Source: Leptospira sp. (GTDB lineage Bacteria > Spirochaetota > Leptospiria > Leptospirales > Leptospiraceae). Taken from it: DNA of 64,000 bases. The stretch lies in assembly GCA_034439575.1 (NCBI GenBank), contig JAWXAQ010000036.1, forward strand, positions 1 to 64,000. The letters are read 5' to 3'. The notes beneath the pieces were generated by a model. That model ran no database searches, was not told the DNA's origin, and saw nothing but the letters and a program-made list of their open reading frames with translations. Both the position numbers and the translations under genes were made by a program. Positions 52,108 to 61,749 of the stretch are shown in pieces (the first letter of the stretch is position 1; each line of letters opens with the position of its first letter).

Positions 52108-53255
52108 TATTCTTCACCAAACGTAGATTTGAATAAGATTGATTTTAATTCAAAACCACCAGAAATTACCAATTCATCATTTGCGTTAAGTCCAGAAGAT
52201 ATTTCTGTTTCGTCATCGATCACATTACCGATTTGCACTTGTGTCCATTTAAAAGTTTGTGAACCAACTTTGATAAAAACATAATTTTGATTTTTGAGTG
52301 TAAACAGAGAAGTAGTTGGAATTTTGATTCCTTGTTTTCCTGATTTTTCTATAAATGCCTTTCCGAAGAGGCCTATTTTTCCTTTGTTATTTTGATTTTT
52401 AAAAACGATTCTTGCATGAATCGTCCTCGAAATCGGATCAACTTTTTCTCCGATATGTTCTAAGGTTCCTGAAAATTCATCATCAGGATAAGCATTCAAT
52501 ATAACTTTTGCTATATCTCCTTCCGAAAGGAACTTTAAATCTCCTTCGAAAATTTTGCCTTGAAACCATAAATGACTTAGATCAGCTATAGTTGTTAAAG
52601 TCTGGTTGCCCAAAACTTGTGAACCCAAAACAGCATTTCTAAATATAGCCTTTCCTGACCGTGGTGCTATTACTTGGTAAGTTCCGGACATGGAATCTGA
52701 CAGGCCTAGTCCGTTGACTCGTAAATTTTCTTCTGAAGCATTTTTTTCTGATATTAAAACTTTCAAGTTCGATTCGGAATCGATAAGCTCTTGTTTTGCG
52801 GCCAGATTCATTTGGACTAAGGATCGTATTCTCTCTACATTTTGTTGTGCAGCAAAAAGTTTTGATTTGGCCGTTATATAATTGGAACGAAGTTTTGCCA
52901 ATTCGGGTGAGTCGATAACCACAAGGACCTTTCCTTTTTTTATGAAGTCACCTTCCACAAAATTGACTTGAGTGATACGACCAGATAATCTTGCTGGAAC
53001 GTCTAAGATTGAATCAGGAACTGCTTCCGTTTCACCTAATAACTGTATTTTTCTACCGAAGTTTGTCAGTTCGATTGGTTTGGTTTTTATTAATAAATTT
53101 TTTGTAGTATTTTCAGAGAGTTCAAGAATATTTTGATTTTGAATTTCTGCTTTGTCTAAATTTATATTATCTGTTTTTGATTTAGAATTTAAATAAAAAT
53201 ATGCAGTTAGAGATAAAAGCAGGATAACGATTGTTATAACTATTTTGTTTTTCAT
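52107..53255 (-). CDS. czcB: Membrane fusion protein CzcB/CusB
   Basis: GDFIKKG..L..IDSPEL, IADLSHLW, VDPISRT, EISSGL. Confidence 0.92.
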   Translation of the reverse strand: MKNKIVITIVILLLSLTAYFYLNSKSKTDNINLDKAEIQNQNILELSENTTKNLLIKTKPIELTNFGRKIQLLGETEAVPDSILDVPARLSGRITQVNFVEGDFIKKGKVLVVIDSPELAKLRSNYITAKSKLFAAQQNVERIRSLVQMNLAAKQELIDSESNLKVLISEKNASEENLRVNGLGLSDSMSGTYQVIAPRSGKAIFRNAVLGSQVLGNQTLTTIADLSHLWFQGKIFEGDLKFLSEGDIAKVILNAYPDDEFSGTLEHIGEKVDPISRTIHARIVFKNQNNKGKIGLFGKAFIEKSGKQGIKIPTTSLFTLKNQNYVFIKVGSQTFKWTQVQIGNVIDDETEISSGLNANDELVISGGFELKSILFKSTFGEE

Positions 53256-54589
53256 GGTAACTCTGTTATGATGATTTTTTCATTCGGAAGTCCGAGAGCA
53301 CGAATGAGTTCAATTTGTGCTAATTCGTATTCCGTTTTTGTTTGTAGATAATTGATCCGCGTTTGAACGAGAATTCTTTGGTTATTGATGGCATCTAAAA
53401 CTTTTATTTTCCCACTTTGTAAGGCTTCTGTTATATGATTCAAATCAGATAAACTTCGATTCAGCATAACTTCATCATACATCTCAAATTCTTCTTTAGA
53501 ATTTAGGTAATTCGAAATTGCATTGATAACATCTTGTTTGACAGATCTTTCTGTAAGCGCTCTAAATTCTATTGATTGATCTTCTTTGGCTTTAGAAATC
53601 ATAGTCTCTCCTTCATAATTGCGCCATAAAGTTAAAGGAAAACTAATTTGGCCCCCGATCACTCGTTCATTAAATCCATCGTTTTGTACAAAGGCACCCA
53701 AACTTGGATTAGGTATTTTTTGTAATCTTACTTCTTGTGATCGTAATACAGCTATTTTAATTTCTTTTTCCACAACTTTAAGCTCTGGTCGATTTTGAAT
53801 GGCGATAGAAATTAAATTTTCTTTATCTTGCGGTACGGATATAACTAGCTGAAATTTTGGTTTCCATTTCCATTCTTCATCGGTTGATACATTTAGAAGT
53901 AATTGCAATTCACCTTTCGCTTGTTCCATTCTTCTTACTGACTGCTTCCAAATTTTTGCCATTCTAAGTTCTTCCGATTCAGAAAGGCTTTCATCTATTC
54001 CGGGTGTTATACCTTCACGAACGCGAGCCTTTGAAAGTTTTGTTAAATTCTTAGACAAATTGTATAAGTCAGAAGTTACATAGACTTCATTCTGTAGATT
54101 TAGGTATCGGAAAAGCGATGCCATCGATAAAAAATAAATATTTCGACTAATCGTATTTAAACGCAATACCTGAGTTTGAAATTCTTCATCAGCAATTTGA
54201 ATTGATTTTTCGCGTTTTCCTGCGACAAAAATTTCTTGCGAAACCATTATTTGGAAATTGGTTGCATGATTTGTTTCAGGAAAAAATCCTAATTGGCTCC
54301 CTTGCTGATTTCTATTTGAAAGATAAGTCGAAATATTGGGATTGTTTGGAAAATAATACTCTGCTATTTTTTTCCGACCGAGCATTTCGTTTAATCGAAG
54401 TAATTCGATTTGGTAACTAGGATGCTGATTTATGGCACACGAAGATACTCTTTCTAAATTCCATGGAGGTTTACAGTTAACCCTCTCTTCAGAAATAAGT
54501 ATGCTAGGAAAAGATAATAAAAGACAAAATATAAAAGTATATATAGCGCGCATAATGCGATGCGCAAAATACCTTTGGGTAAAATACAT
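53252..54589 (-). CDS. czcC: TolC-family outer membrane factor CzcC
   Basis: PNNPNIS, SQEI, NRPEL, ISFPLTLW, SGKI..LD; GGAGG RBS; first gene of CBA. Confidence 0.88.
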   Translation of the reverse strand: MYFTQRYFAHRIMRAIYTFIFCLLLSFPSILISEERVNCKPPWNLERVSSCAINQHPSYQIELLRLNEMLGRKKIAEYYFPNNPNISTYLSNRNQQGSQLGFFPETNHATNFQIMVSQEIFVAGKREKSIQIADEEFQTQVLRLNTISRNIYFLSMASLFRYLNLQNEVYVTSDLYNLSKNLTKLSKARVREGITPGIDESLSESEELRMAKIWKQSVRRMEQAKGELQLLLNVSTDEEWKWKPKFQLVISVPQDKENLISIAIQNRPELKVVEKEIKIAVLRSQEVRLQKIPNPSLGAFVQNDGFNERVIGGQISFPLTLWRNYEGETMISKAKEDQSIEFRALTERSVKQDVINAISNYLNSKEEFEMYDEVMLNRSLSDLNHITEALQSGKIKVLDAINNQRILVQTRINYLQTKTEYELAQIELIRALGLPNEKIIITELP

Positions 54590-54591
54590 AA

Positions 54592-54649
54592 GACCTCCAT
54601 GAAAATAAATTACTAAATTTTCTTTAAGTAATGTTTTCGCGTGGAGGTC
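54592..54649 (-). promoter_or_regulatory. SD-sequestering hairpin joining leader-ORF RPP codons and the czcC RBS
   Basis: mRNA GACCUCCA/UGGAGGUC, GAAAA/UUUUC and AUUACU/AGUAAU nested stems. Confidence 0.8.
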
Positions 54650-55004
54650 GGAAGTATCCTTCAGTTGTAGAATATTCCAAAAATACGAGTGTCGGGAAGG
54701 AAAGGTATATTTTGTTTAAACTAATCAATACAGGATATAAATTTAAATCCCAAGAAACGACTAGTTGCAAATTGCAAGGGCAAGAAAGACAAACATGATC
54801 TTTATGATCACCTTCTTCTTCTATGTCATGACTTGTTTCTATTCCCAAAGAATGATCTAAAAATGAATATTGGCAGGTGCTTTCAACAGAACCTAACACC
54901 CCACAAATAGCTTCATTATCGACAATTTTTTGTGCGGTGAAATTAAGGCAAAAAATGATTACAAAAACAATTTTAAATAGTCTGTATAGTGTAATCTTTC
55001 CCAT
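54624..55004 (-). CDS. CzcI/DUF2946-like leader protein (signal, His/Cys motif, C-terminal RPP)
   Basis: Hydrophobic N-terminus, DHKDHVCLSCPC, YFRPPR; 34 nt upstream of czcC. Confidence 0.75.
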   Translation of the reverse strand: MGKITLYRLFKIVFVIIFCLNFTAQKIVDNEAICGVLGSVESTCQYSFLDHSLGIETSHDIEEEGDHKDHVCLSCPCNLQLVVSWDLNLYPVLISLNKIYLSFPTLVFLEYSTTEGYFRPPRENIT

Positions 55005-55185
55005 CTTTGATTTTAGAATCTCTTACTTTAATATGACGTAAATTTCTAATCTAATACAATAGCTATAGAATCATTTGGTTAAAAATTTGTCTGTTTAAAA
55101 ATATATAGGGATGATTCCTTAAAATGCGATTCATTTAATAACAAACCTTCTTGCCTAAGAATTAGTTTTTAAAGAATTTGTTACT

Positions 55186-57138
55186 ATGCCGCAAACATTT
55201 CCTATTTGGAAACCTACCTCAAAATCACAAAATATAACTGAATTTCAAAATCATTTAGCGCAAATATACGGTTTAACGTTCAATTCGTATTCAGAATTTC
55301 ATAAATGGTCTGTTTCTCATTTGGAAAAATTTTGGTCTGCTTGGGCAAAAAGTTCAAAATTTATTTTTCGAAGAGAAGGGACAGAAACTGTTAGGTTTGG
55401 AAAAAATTTTTGGGAAACAGAATGGTTTCCTGGTTCGGAAATTAATTTTGCAGAAAATTTATTGGAAAAAGGTGAACCGAATCATATCGCCTTACATTTC
55501 TTACGTGAAGATGGTCAAAAGATTGAATTAACATATAGAGACTTAAAAACTAAAGTTACAAACCTAGCAAATTATTTTGTTTCTATTGGAATCAATAAGG
55601 GTGATAGAATTTGTGGATTAGTCCCAAATTCTCCGATTTCCACAATAGGCATGTTAGCCGCTACTTCACTTGGAGCTATATGGTCGAGTGCTTCTCCTGA
55701 TTTTGGAGTGAAAGGTGTTCTTGATCGTTTTGAACAAATTTCCCCTAAGGTTTTATTGACAGTTGATTCCTATTTATTTAAAGGTAAAAAGATTTCAATC
55801 CTAGAGAAAGTGATTGAAGTATCAAATCGGTTAGGTGACTCGAATCCAGAATATAAAGCAACACTTATCAGCTCTTTTTTAGGAGACTCGTTTTCTTTAG
55901 ATTCGATACGATATCCGATACGTTATGAGGAAATACTCGAATCAAAGAGTCCTCTGATTTACACTCCAATTACATTCCAAGATCCAGTGTACATAATGTT
56001 TTCATCGGGGACGACTGGACTTCCGAAATGTATCGTCCAAGGAGCTGGCGTTTTATTAAACCAAACGAAAGAATTGGCATTGCATTGTAATTTAACAAAG
56101 AATGATAAATTGTTTTATTACACTACTTGCGGATGGATGATGTGGAATTGGTCACAGGCTACCTTAGCTCTCGGTGCTACACTGTATCAATTTGATGGCA
56201 ATCCATTTTATCCCAACTGGCAGACGTTATGGGACTGGTCAAATAAAGAAAATATTAATATTTTTGGAACAAGTGCCAAATACTTATCAGTTTTGGAATC
56301 CGAAAAAGCAGAGCCTATCAACCATTTTAATTTGGAGTCTCTAAAAATCATTCTATCAACGGGTAGTCCTTTGTTTCCTTCTGGATTTCGTTATGTATAC
56401 TCAAATATAAAAAAAGATGTCCAATTATCATCTATTTCCGGGGGAACCGACTTGAATGGTTGTTTTGCGCTCGGATATCCCGAATTGCCTGTGTTCGAAG
56501 GTGAATTGCAATGCATTGGTCTCGGGATGGACGTGAAAGTATTTAGTGAAGATGGATTGGCCATAGAACAAGAAAAAGGTGAACTAGTTTGTTTGAAACC
56601 TTTCCCGAGTATGCCACTATATTTTTGGAATGATCCAGATAGGAAAAAATATAAATCGGCATACTTTGACCGATTTGAAAATATCTGGTGTCATGGAGAC
56701 TTTGCTGAAATCACAACTAATGGCGGTATGGTGATTCATGGCCGATCAGATGCCACTTTAAATCCTGGTGGAGTAAGAATTGGCACTGCAGATATTTATT
56801 CTGTAGTTGAGACTTTTGCAGAAATAGCGGATTCAGTCATTATTGGTCAAGAATGGAAAGATGATGTGAGGGTGATTTTGTTTTTAAAAATGGCTCCAAA
56901 TCATATGTTAGATGATGAATTGAAAAGTAAAGTTAAGGATAAAATCAAAAATCAAACTTCCCCTAGACATGTTCCTAGTTTGGTTTTGGAAGTGAAAGAC
57001 ATTCCATACACAGTGAATGGCAAAAAAGTAGAAATAGCAGTCAAACAAACTGTGCTCGGTCAAGTCGTCAAAAATCAAAATGCTTTAGCAAATCCGGAAG
57101 CATTGGTATACTTTGCAAATAGAAAAGAATTACTATGA
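55186..57138 (+). CDS. Acetoacetate-CoA ligase
   Basis: WFPGSEINFAEN, FSSGTTGLPKCIV, YTTCGWMMWNW, SISGGTD, GRSDATLNPGGVRIG. Confidence 0.95.
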   Translation: MPQTFPIWKPTSKSQNITEFQNHLAQIYGLTFNSYSEFHKWSVSHLEKFWSAWAKSSKFIFRREGTETVRFGKNFWETEWFPGSEINFAENLLEKGEPNHIALHFLREDGQKIELTYRDLKTKVTNLANYFVSIGINKGDRICGLVPNSPISTIGMLAATSLGAIWSSASPDFGVKGVLDRFEQISPKVLLTVDSYLFKGKKISILEKVIEVSNRLGDSNPEYKATLISSFLGDSFSLDSIRYPIRYEEILESKSPLIYTPITFQDPVYIMFSSGTTGLPKCIVQGAGVLLNQTKELALHCNLTKNDKLFYYTTCGWMMWNWSQATLALGATLYQFDGNPFYPNWQTLWDWSNKENINIFGTSAKYLSVLESEKAEPINHFNLESLKIILSTGSPLFPSGFRYVYSNIKKDVQLSSISGGTDLNGCFALGYPELPVFEGELQCIGLGMDVKVFSEDGLAIEQEKGELVCLKPFPSMPLYFWNDPDRKKYKSAYFDRFENIWCHGDFAEITTNGGMVIHGRSDATLNPGGVRIGTADIYSVVETFAEIADSVIIGQEWKDDVRVILFLKMAPNHMLDDELKSKVKDKIKNQTSPRHVPSLVLEVKDIPYTVNGKKVEIAVKQTVLGQVVKNQNALANPEALVYFANRKELL

Positions 57139-57198
57139 AATAAGCAAATTATCAATAACGTATTGCAAAGAAAAAGAGAATATAAGAATATAATGAAA

Positions 57199-58743
57199 TT
57201 ACTTGATTTTCGAAAATTCAAAAATAGTAAGTTTCTTTCCCTCAATGGTCTTTTCTAGTTTATTATATTTATTTAAAACTTTCAATATGGAATTATAATG
57301 TTCTTCTGGCGGGAAGAGCCCAATTTTTATCGCCTGTTCCACCATAGGTGTCATTTTAATTTTACTAAAAATCAAATTTTTAGGAATCAATATTTTTGAA
57401 TGATTTTTTGCCAAAAATGAATCTAGCTGTTCTGCATTTCTAGGTAACATTGAGGGCACAGACAAATAATATCCCCCAGAATATAGAACGATAGATTCAC
57501 ATCCCGCCATATGCAAACTAACATCCATTTGATTTAAATCATCTTGGAATTGGCGAATGTCTTTTGTCGCAAGACTTTGTGCCTTAAAACCTATCACTAA
57601 AATTAATATGGAAAAAAATAAACCAAAATAAGTGAAGCGCATTGGCCATTTATTTTTTGCCTGCAAAATATGGATTATATAAGTATCAAATAAAAAGAGA
57701 CAAGGCAAAATACCCAAATTCAAATAACGAGCACCCCAATTCGTGACACCATCGTTAGGTGCAATTATTGCAATGAAAGGTAAAAAGAATAGCAATGTAT
57801 AGGCGAGGATTCTATATTTATTTTCAGACTTAAGATTTTTTCTAAATAAATTCCAGACGAGTGCTACGAGAAAGATCGGTGTAAAACCGAAAAATCCAAT
57901 TTTCCAATTTGCTAAAAAGAGAAGGTGGATCACTTGATCCAATCTTTCTGCAAATACAAAATTGTTTAAACTACCTTGGTTGATCACAAAGCGAGCCCCG
58001 AGAGGGTGATGGTATAATAAATAATTTTCAGAAAAGAAACAAATTAAAGGAAGTAAGACGCCGAGAAGTGAATAGAAATACTCCTTCAAAAATTTTATGA
58101 GATTCATTTTGTATTCTAGTATTAGGATGATAAAATAAAAACCTCCAACAAAAACTAATGTTTCCAACCGAAGGAATATCCCAATGGTTAGAAAAAAAGC
58201 GGAGAAAAATAAATTAATTTTATTTTTTTCTTTGAAGAAAAAAAACAATCCCAATGCCTGAAACAATAGTAACATTGAATTTTCAGAATATTCTAAACCT
58301 TGAAATAAGAGAGGAGTTCCAAGGCTCGCGAGTATTAGAGTTAAAAAATGAAGTTGTTTCGTTATATAAAATATGAAATAAGAAACAAAAGCAAAAATCA
58401 GACAAATGTATGGTAAAAATTTCCAAGAAATAAATTTTAATAATACCGCGTTAAAATAAGCGAAGTTAAAGGGAAAGGGAGATATGATTTTGTTTTCCAC
58501 TTTCAGAACATATAAAGGAATCGGATACATTTCCATTGAAGTATCTATCTCTTTTGAGCTATAAAATAATTCCTCAGACATGTATGAGTTTTTTTGAATG
58601 GAAACGGTTTGGACTAATTTGACAAAACTATCTAGAGCATAAGTGGATTCGGGTTTAAGTTTATAAAGGTGAATGAAAAAGATTGCGACTAATATAACGC
58701 TAAGGGAAAAAATTCGAACTTTAGGATTTGAAAAATAATTCAT
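57199..58743 (-). CDS. Polytopic membrane protein, putative GT-C-type glycosyltransferase
   Basis: About 11 TM segments; DSFVK, YSEN, LRLE, HPLGAR, WGARYL. Confidence 0.65.
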   Translation of the reverse strand: MNYFSNPKVRIFSLSVILVAIFFIHLYKLKPESTYALDSFVKLVQTVSIQKNSYMSEELFYSSKEIDTSMEMYPIPLYVLKVENKIISPFPFNFAYFNAVLLKFISWKFLPYICLIFAFVSYFIFYITKQLHFLTLILASLGTPLLFQGLEYSENSMLLLFQALGLFFFFKEKNKINLFFSAFFLTIGIFLRLETLVFVGGFYFIILILEYKMNLIKFLKEYFYSLLGVLLPLICFFSENYLLYHHPLGARFVINQGSLNNFVFAERLDQVIHLLFLANWKIGFFGFTPIFLVALVWNLFRKNLKSENKYRILAYTLLFFLPFIAIIAPNDGVTNWGARYLNLGILPCLFLFDTYIIHILQAKNKWPMRFTYFGLFFSILILVIGFKAQSLATKDIRQFQDDLNQMDVSLHMAGCESIVLYSGGYYLSVPSMLPRNAEQLDSFLAKNHSKILIPKNLIFSKIKMTPMVEQAIKIGLFPPEEHYNSILKVLNKYNKLEKTIEGKKLTIFEFSKIK

Positions 58744-58866
58744 ATATTTGGTTTTAAATCTAATTCTACTTAAGCAAACTAATTCAAACTGAATTCAATA
58801 GCAAGTAAAAGAGAAAAAATATATTTCTCTTCCTATTCAAATTTCTTCTAAATATGGACCTGAAAG

Positions 58867-59217
58867 TTATAGAAGTTTTATGCCCCATTTGGCTAAAACA
58901 AAATTCCACACTATAAAAATAGAAATTGAGATTATTATACTCAAACTAATCGCAATCCAAAATCCATATAAACTTATAAATTTAGGAAATAGTAAAAACA
59001 TTGGAAGCGTTGGAATTACATACCAAAAAGTATAATAAGCATGATTCGCTATTTTTTGGTTATCCGTATTTTCAATTTTTAACCATATCATAGTGAGTAA
59101 GGTGACTATGGGCAAAGCAGCAATCAATCCGCCCAAGCGATCATTTCGTTTTGCAATTTCAGAAATTACTATAACCAAAAATGCAGTTGCGAAATATTTG
59201 AAAAGTAAATATAACAT
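58867..59217 (-). CDS. DUF3147-like small membrane protein
   Basis: SEIAKR..LGGLIAALP, TFWYVIPTLPMF. Confidence 0.8.
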   Translation of the reverse strand: MLYLLFKYFATAFLVIVISEIAKRNDRLGGLIAALPIVTLLTMIWLKIENTDNQKIANHAYYTFWYVIPTLPMFLLFPKFISLYGFWIAISLSIIISISIFIVWNFVLAKWGIKLL

Positions 59218-59241
59218 GTGTTAAAATTATAATTTAGCGAA

Positions 59242-60024
59242 TTATTTAAACAAGGGTTTTTCGGTGATCAAATCATACTGTATTTGGTAATCTTTATGAT
59301 TTGTCTTAAACAATTTATCCCACCAATTGAAATACAAACCATAATTGCAATTAAACCATTTATGATGCATATTGTGATGGGTAGTTGTGTTGTGCCAGTT
59401 TGTTAGACGGCTTCCTACAAAACCTTTGGGAAACATTTCAAAAGCTAAGTGTCCAAGTACATTTAAAAAAGTCATATATATCAAAAAACTAAAAATGGCA
59501 AGACCATGTACAGGCATAAAGGAAACAATCAATGGAACGATTCCAGCTTCCACAACAGCTTCGTAAGGATGAAAGGAAAATGCTGCCCAAGGCGAAGGGT
59601 TTGTGGATTTATGATGAACTAGATGAAAATGTTTGAACAATAGTTTATGATGCATTAGTCGGTGAGTAAAATAAAAATATGCATCGTGTATAACAATCAT
59701 AGCGATCACACTAAATATAAAATACCCCCAACCGTGCTCATTGATATTTGAATAGATATGAGTGTATCCAGCTTTTTTAGCCGCAAAGATTCCCACGCCC
59801 ACAAGTCCAAAGATAAGCATGGTAGTTAACGAATAAAATATTTCGTGTTTGATTTTATCAAATTCGGGAAGTTTGCCTTGAATGATTCTATGGGCGAATT
59901 TTGATTTCCATTTTTTCCAAATGGCAAAGTATGCAATGCCAGCAAATAGCACATAACGTAAAGTGACGAGCGTAGTTCCTATTAAAAATACAATGATGTA
60001 TGGAGTTAAAATTTCAAGGTTCAT
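59242..60024 (-). CDS. Sterol desaturase / fatty acid hydroxylase family protein
   Basis: HRLMHH, HLVHH, SFHPYE, HHNMHH, NYG..F.WWDKLF. Confidence 0.93.
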   Translation of the reverse strand: MNLEILTPYIIVFLIGTTLVTLRYVLFAGIAYFAIWKKWKSKFAHRIIQGKLPEFDKIKHEIFYSLTTMLIFGLVGVGIFAAKKAGYTHIYSNINEHGWGYFIFSVIAMIVIHDAYFYFTHRLMHHKLLFKHFHLVHHKSTNPSPWAAFSFHPYEAVVEAGIVPLIVSFMPVHGLAIFSFLIYMTFLNVLGHLAFEMFPKGFVGSRLTNWHNTTTHHNMHHKWFNCNYGLYFNWWDKLFKTNHKDYQIQYDLITEKPLFK

Positions 60025-60119
60025 TCCTGACCACCTTCAGACATATTCTCCTTTTTGAAAAGAGATTCAACCTATTTTGGGGTTGACTCAAGCTTTTATT
60101 CTCTTAGGCTTCCCTGACA

Positions 60120-61451
60120 ATGTTGCAATCCTTTATCAATTGGTTCCAGCCAGCTAAAGCCATTCCTAGAAAGTCTGATGATCTCATCCAGTCAGAATAC
60201 CCAAAGTTTCGCTTTCGAATTCTAGAATCCACCTTTCTTGGTTATACTACCTTTTATCTTGTAAGAAATAATTTTTCCCCAGTTTCAAAAGAAATTGGCG
60301 AGGCTCTGCAATACACCAGACAAGACTTAGGTGATATGCTCGCAGTAACTGCGATTACCTATGGGATTGGAAAATTCATTATGGGCGCACTTTCTGATAA
60401 ATCAGATCCGCGCAAATTTATGGCCGTTGGCCTTTTTCTCACCGCTATTTTAAATTTTGCTTTTGGATTTGCCAATACGTATTGGGTGCACATTATCCTA
60501 TGGGGATTGAATGGTCTGGTGCAAGGTATGGGTTGGCCACCTTGCGGACGTTCGCTTGGACATTGGTATTCAGTAAGTGAAAGAGGGAAAACTTTTGCTT
60601 TTTGGAATATCGCTCACAATGTTGGCGGAGGCCTTGTTGGTGTCATTGCTTCACAATCTGCTGCTCATTTAGGTTGGGAATATGCTTTTTTTGTTCCAGG
60701 TGCCATTGCTCTTGTTGGTTCAGTATACCTTTATTTAAGATTGGCAGATACACCACAATCTGTCGGATTACCTCCCATCGAAGAGTATAACAATGATTAT
60801 CCAAAAGATGAAGCTTCGCATCATGAAAGAAAACACGAACATGAATTAAGTATGCGCCAACTCATAGTGGCAAATGTTTTATTGAACAAATACATTTGGC
60901 TCTTTGCGATCATTAATTTTTTTGTATATATTATCCGATACAGTCTTATCGACTGGGGCCCTTCTTATTTAAAAGAAGTGAAGGGTGCTAACTTAACAAG
61001 CGGAGGTTTTTCCACATTAGTTTTGGAATTTGGTGGAATTGGTTCGACTCTACTGATGGGTTGGATCTCCGATAAATCGGGAGGTCGTAGAGGTATGGTT
61101 AGTTTATTATGTATCATACCTATATTTTTTGCCTTTCTTGGTATTATTTACAATCCTCCTGGAAATATTTGGATCGACTTTGTTTTGTTTGGTGCGATCG
61201 GTCTGTTCATATATCCGCCTGTTATGTTACTCGGTGTCGCAGGTCTAGATTTTACCTCAAAAAAAGCAGTCGGCACGGCGGCAGGTTTTATAGGATTATT
61301 TGGTTCCCTGGGTCGAACAGCACAAGGAAAGGGTATCGGATATTTAGTCGATCATTATTCATGGGATGTAGCACTGCTTGCCATCGTAGCATCTACGTTA
61401 TGTGCTATTTTTCTTTTGGCTTTTACATGGAACCTGCGGCCTCGAGGTTAA
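60120..61451 (+). CDS. MFS organophosphate:Pi antiporter, GlpT-like
   Basis: [56 protein letters not shown]. Confidence 0.92.
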   Translation: MLQSFINWFQPAKAIPRKSDDLIQSEYPKFRFRILESTFLGYTTFYLVRNNFSPVSKEIGEALQYTRQDLGDMLAVTAITYGIGKFIMGALSDKSDPRKFMAVGLFLTAILNFAFGFANTYWVHIILWGLNGLVQGMGWPPCGRSLGHWYSVSERGKTFAFWNIAHNVGGGLVGVIASQSAAHLGWEYAFFVPGAIALVGSVYLYLRLADTPQSVGLPPIEEYNNDYPKDEASHHERKHEHELSMRQLIVANVLLNKYIWLFAIINFFVYIIRYSLIDWGPSYLKEVKGANLTSGGFSTLVLEFGGIGSTLLMGWISDKSGGRRGMVSLLCIIPIFFAFLGIIYNPPGNIWIDFVLFGAIGLFIYPPVMLLGVAGLDFTSKKAVGTAAGFIGLFGSLGRTAQGKGIGYLVDHYSWDVALLAIVASTLCAIFLLAFTWNLRPRG

Positions 61452-61749
61452 AGTATTTTAGTACAACTGCTCATCTAGAGCGGTTGTGCTCTAGGCTCCA
61501 AATTTTATTTTTATCCCCACATCATTTGATTATTAACCGAAGTAATTAAAAAATACAAAAAAATTCTTTTCATACTGACTTCACTTATTATAGAAATATG
61601 TATAAAAAATTGATTAAAAATATTTCTACTTATAGAAAGAATTGTTCAAATTCAGGTATCTATTCTCGTCAGATGAAATATGTTTTTTTCGCTACTTAAC
61701 GAACACAAAAAATCTAATAGGCCTGCGAAAGAAAGAGGTATACTGCATT

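Noticed and set aside
57139-59240. Very AT-rich stretch as a mobile island
   Set aside because: No integrase, transposase, tRNA or terminal repeats; composition is explained by Phe/Ile/Leu-rich membrane proteins
61109-61549. 146-aa alternative-frame ORF over the GlpT-like gene
   Set aside because: Same-strand overlap with a conserved transporter and atypical composition
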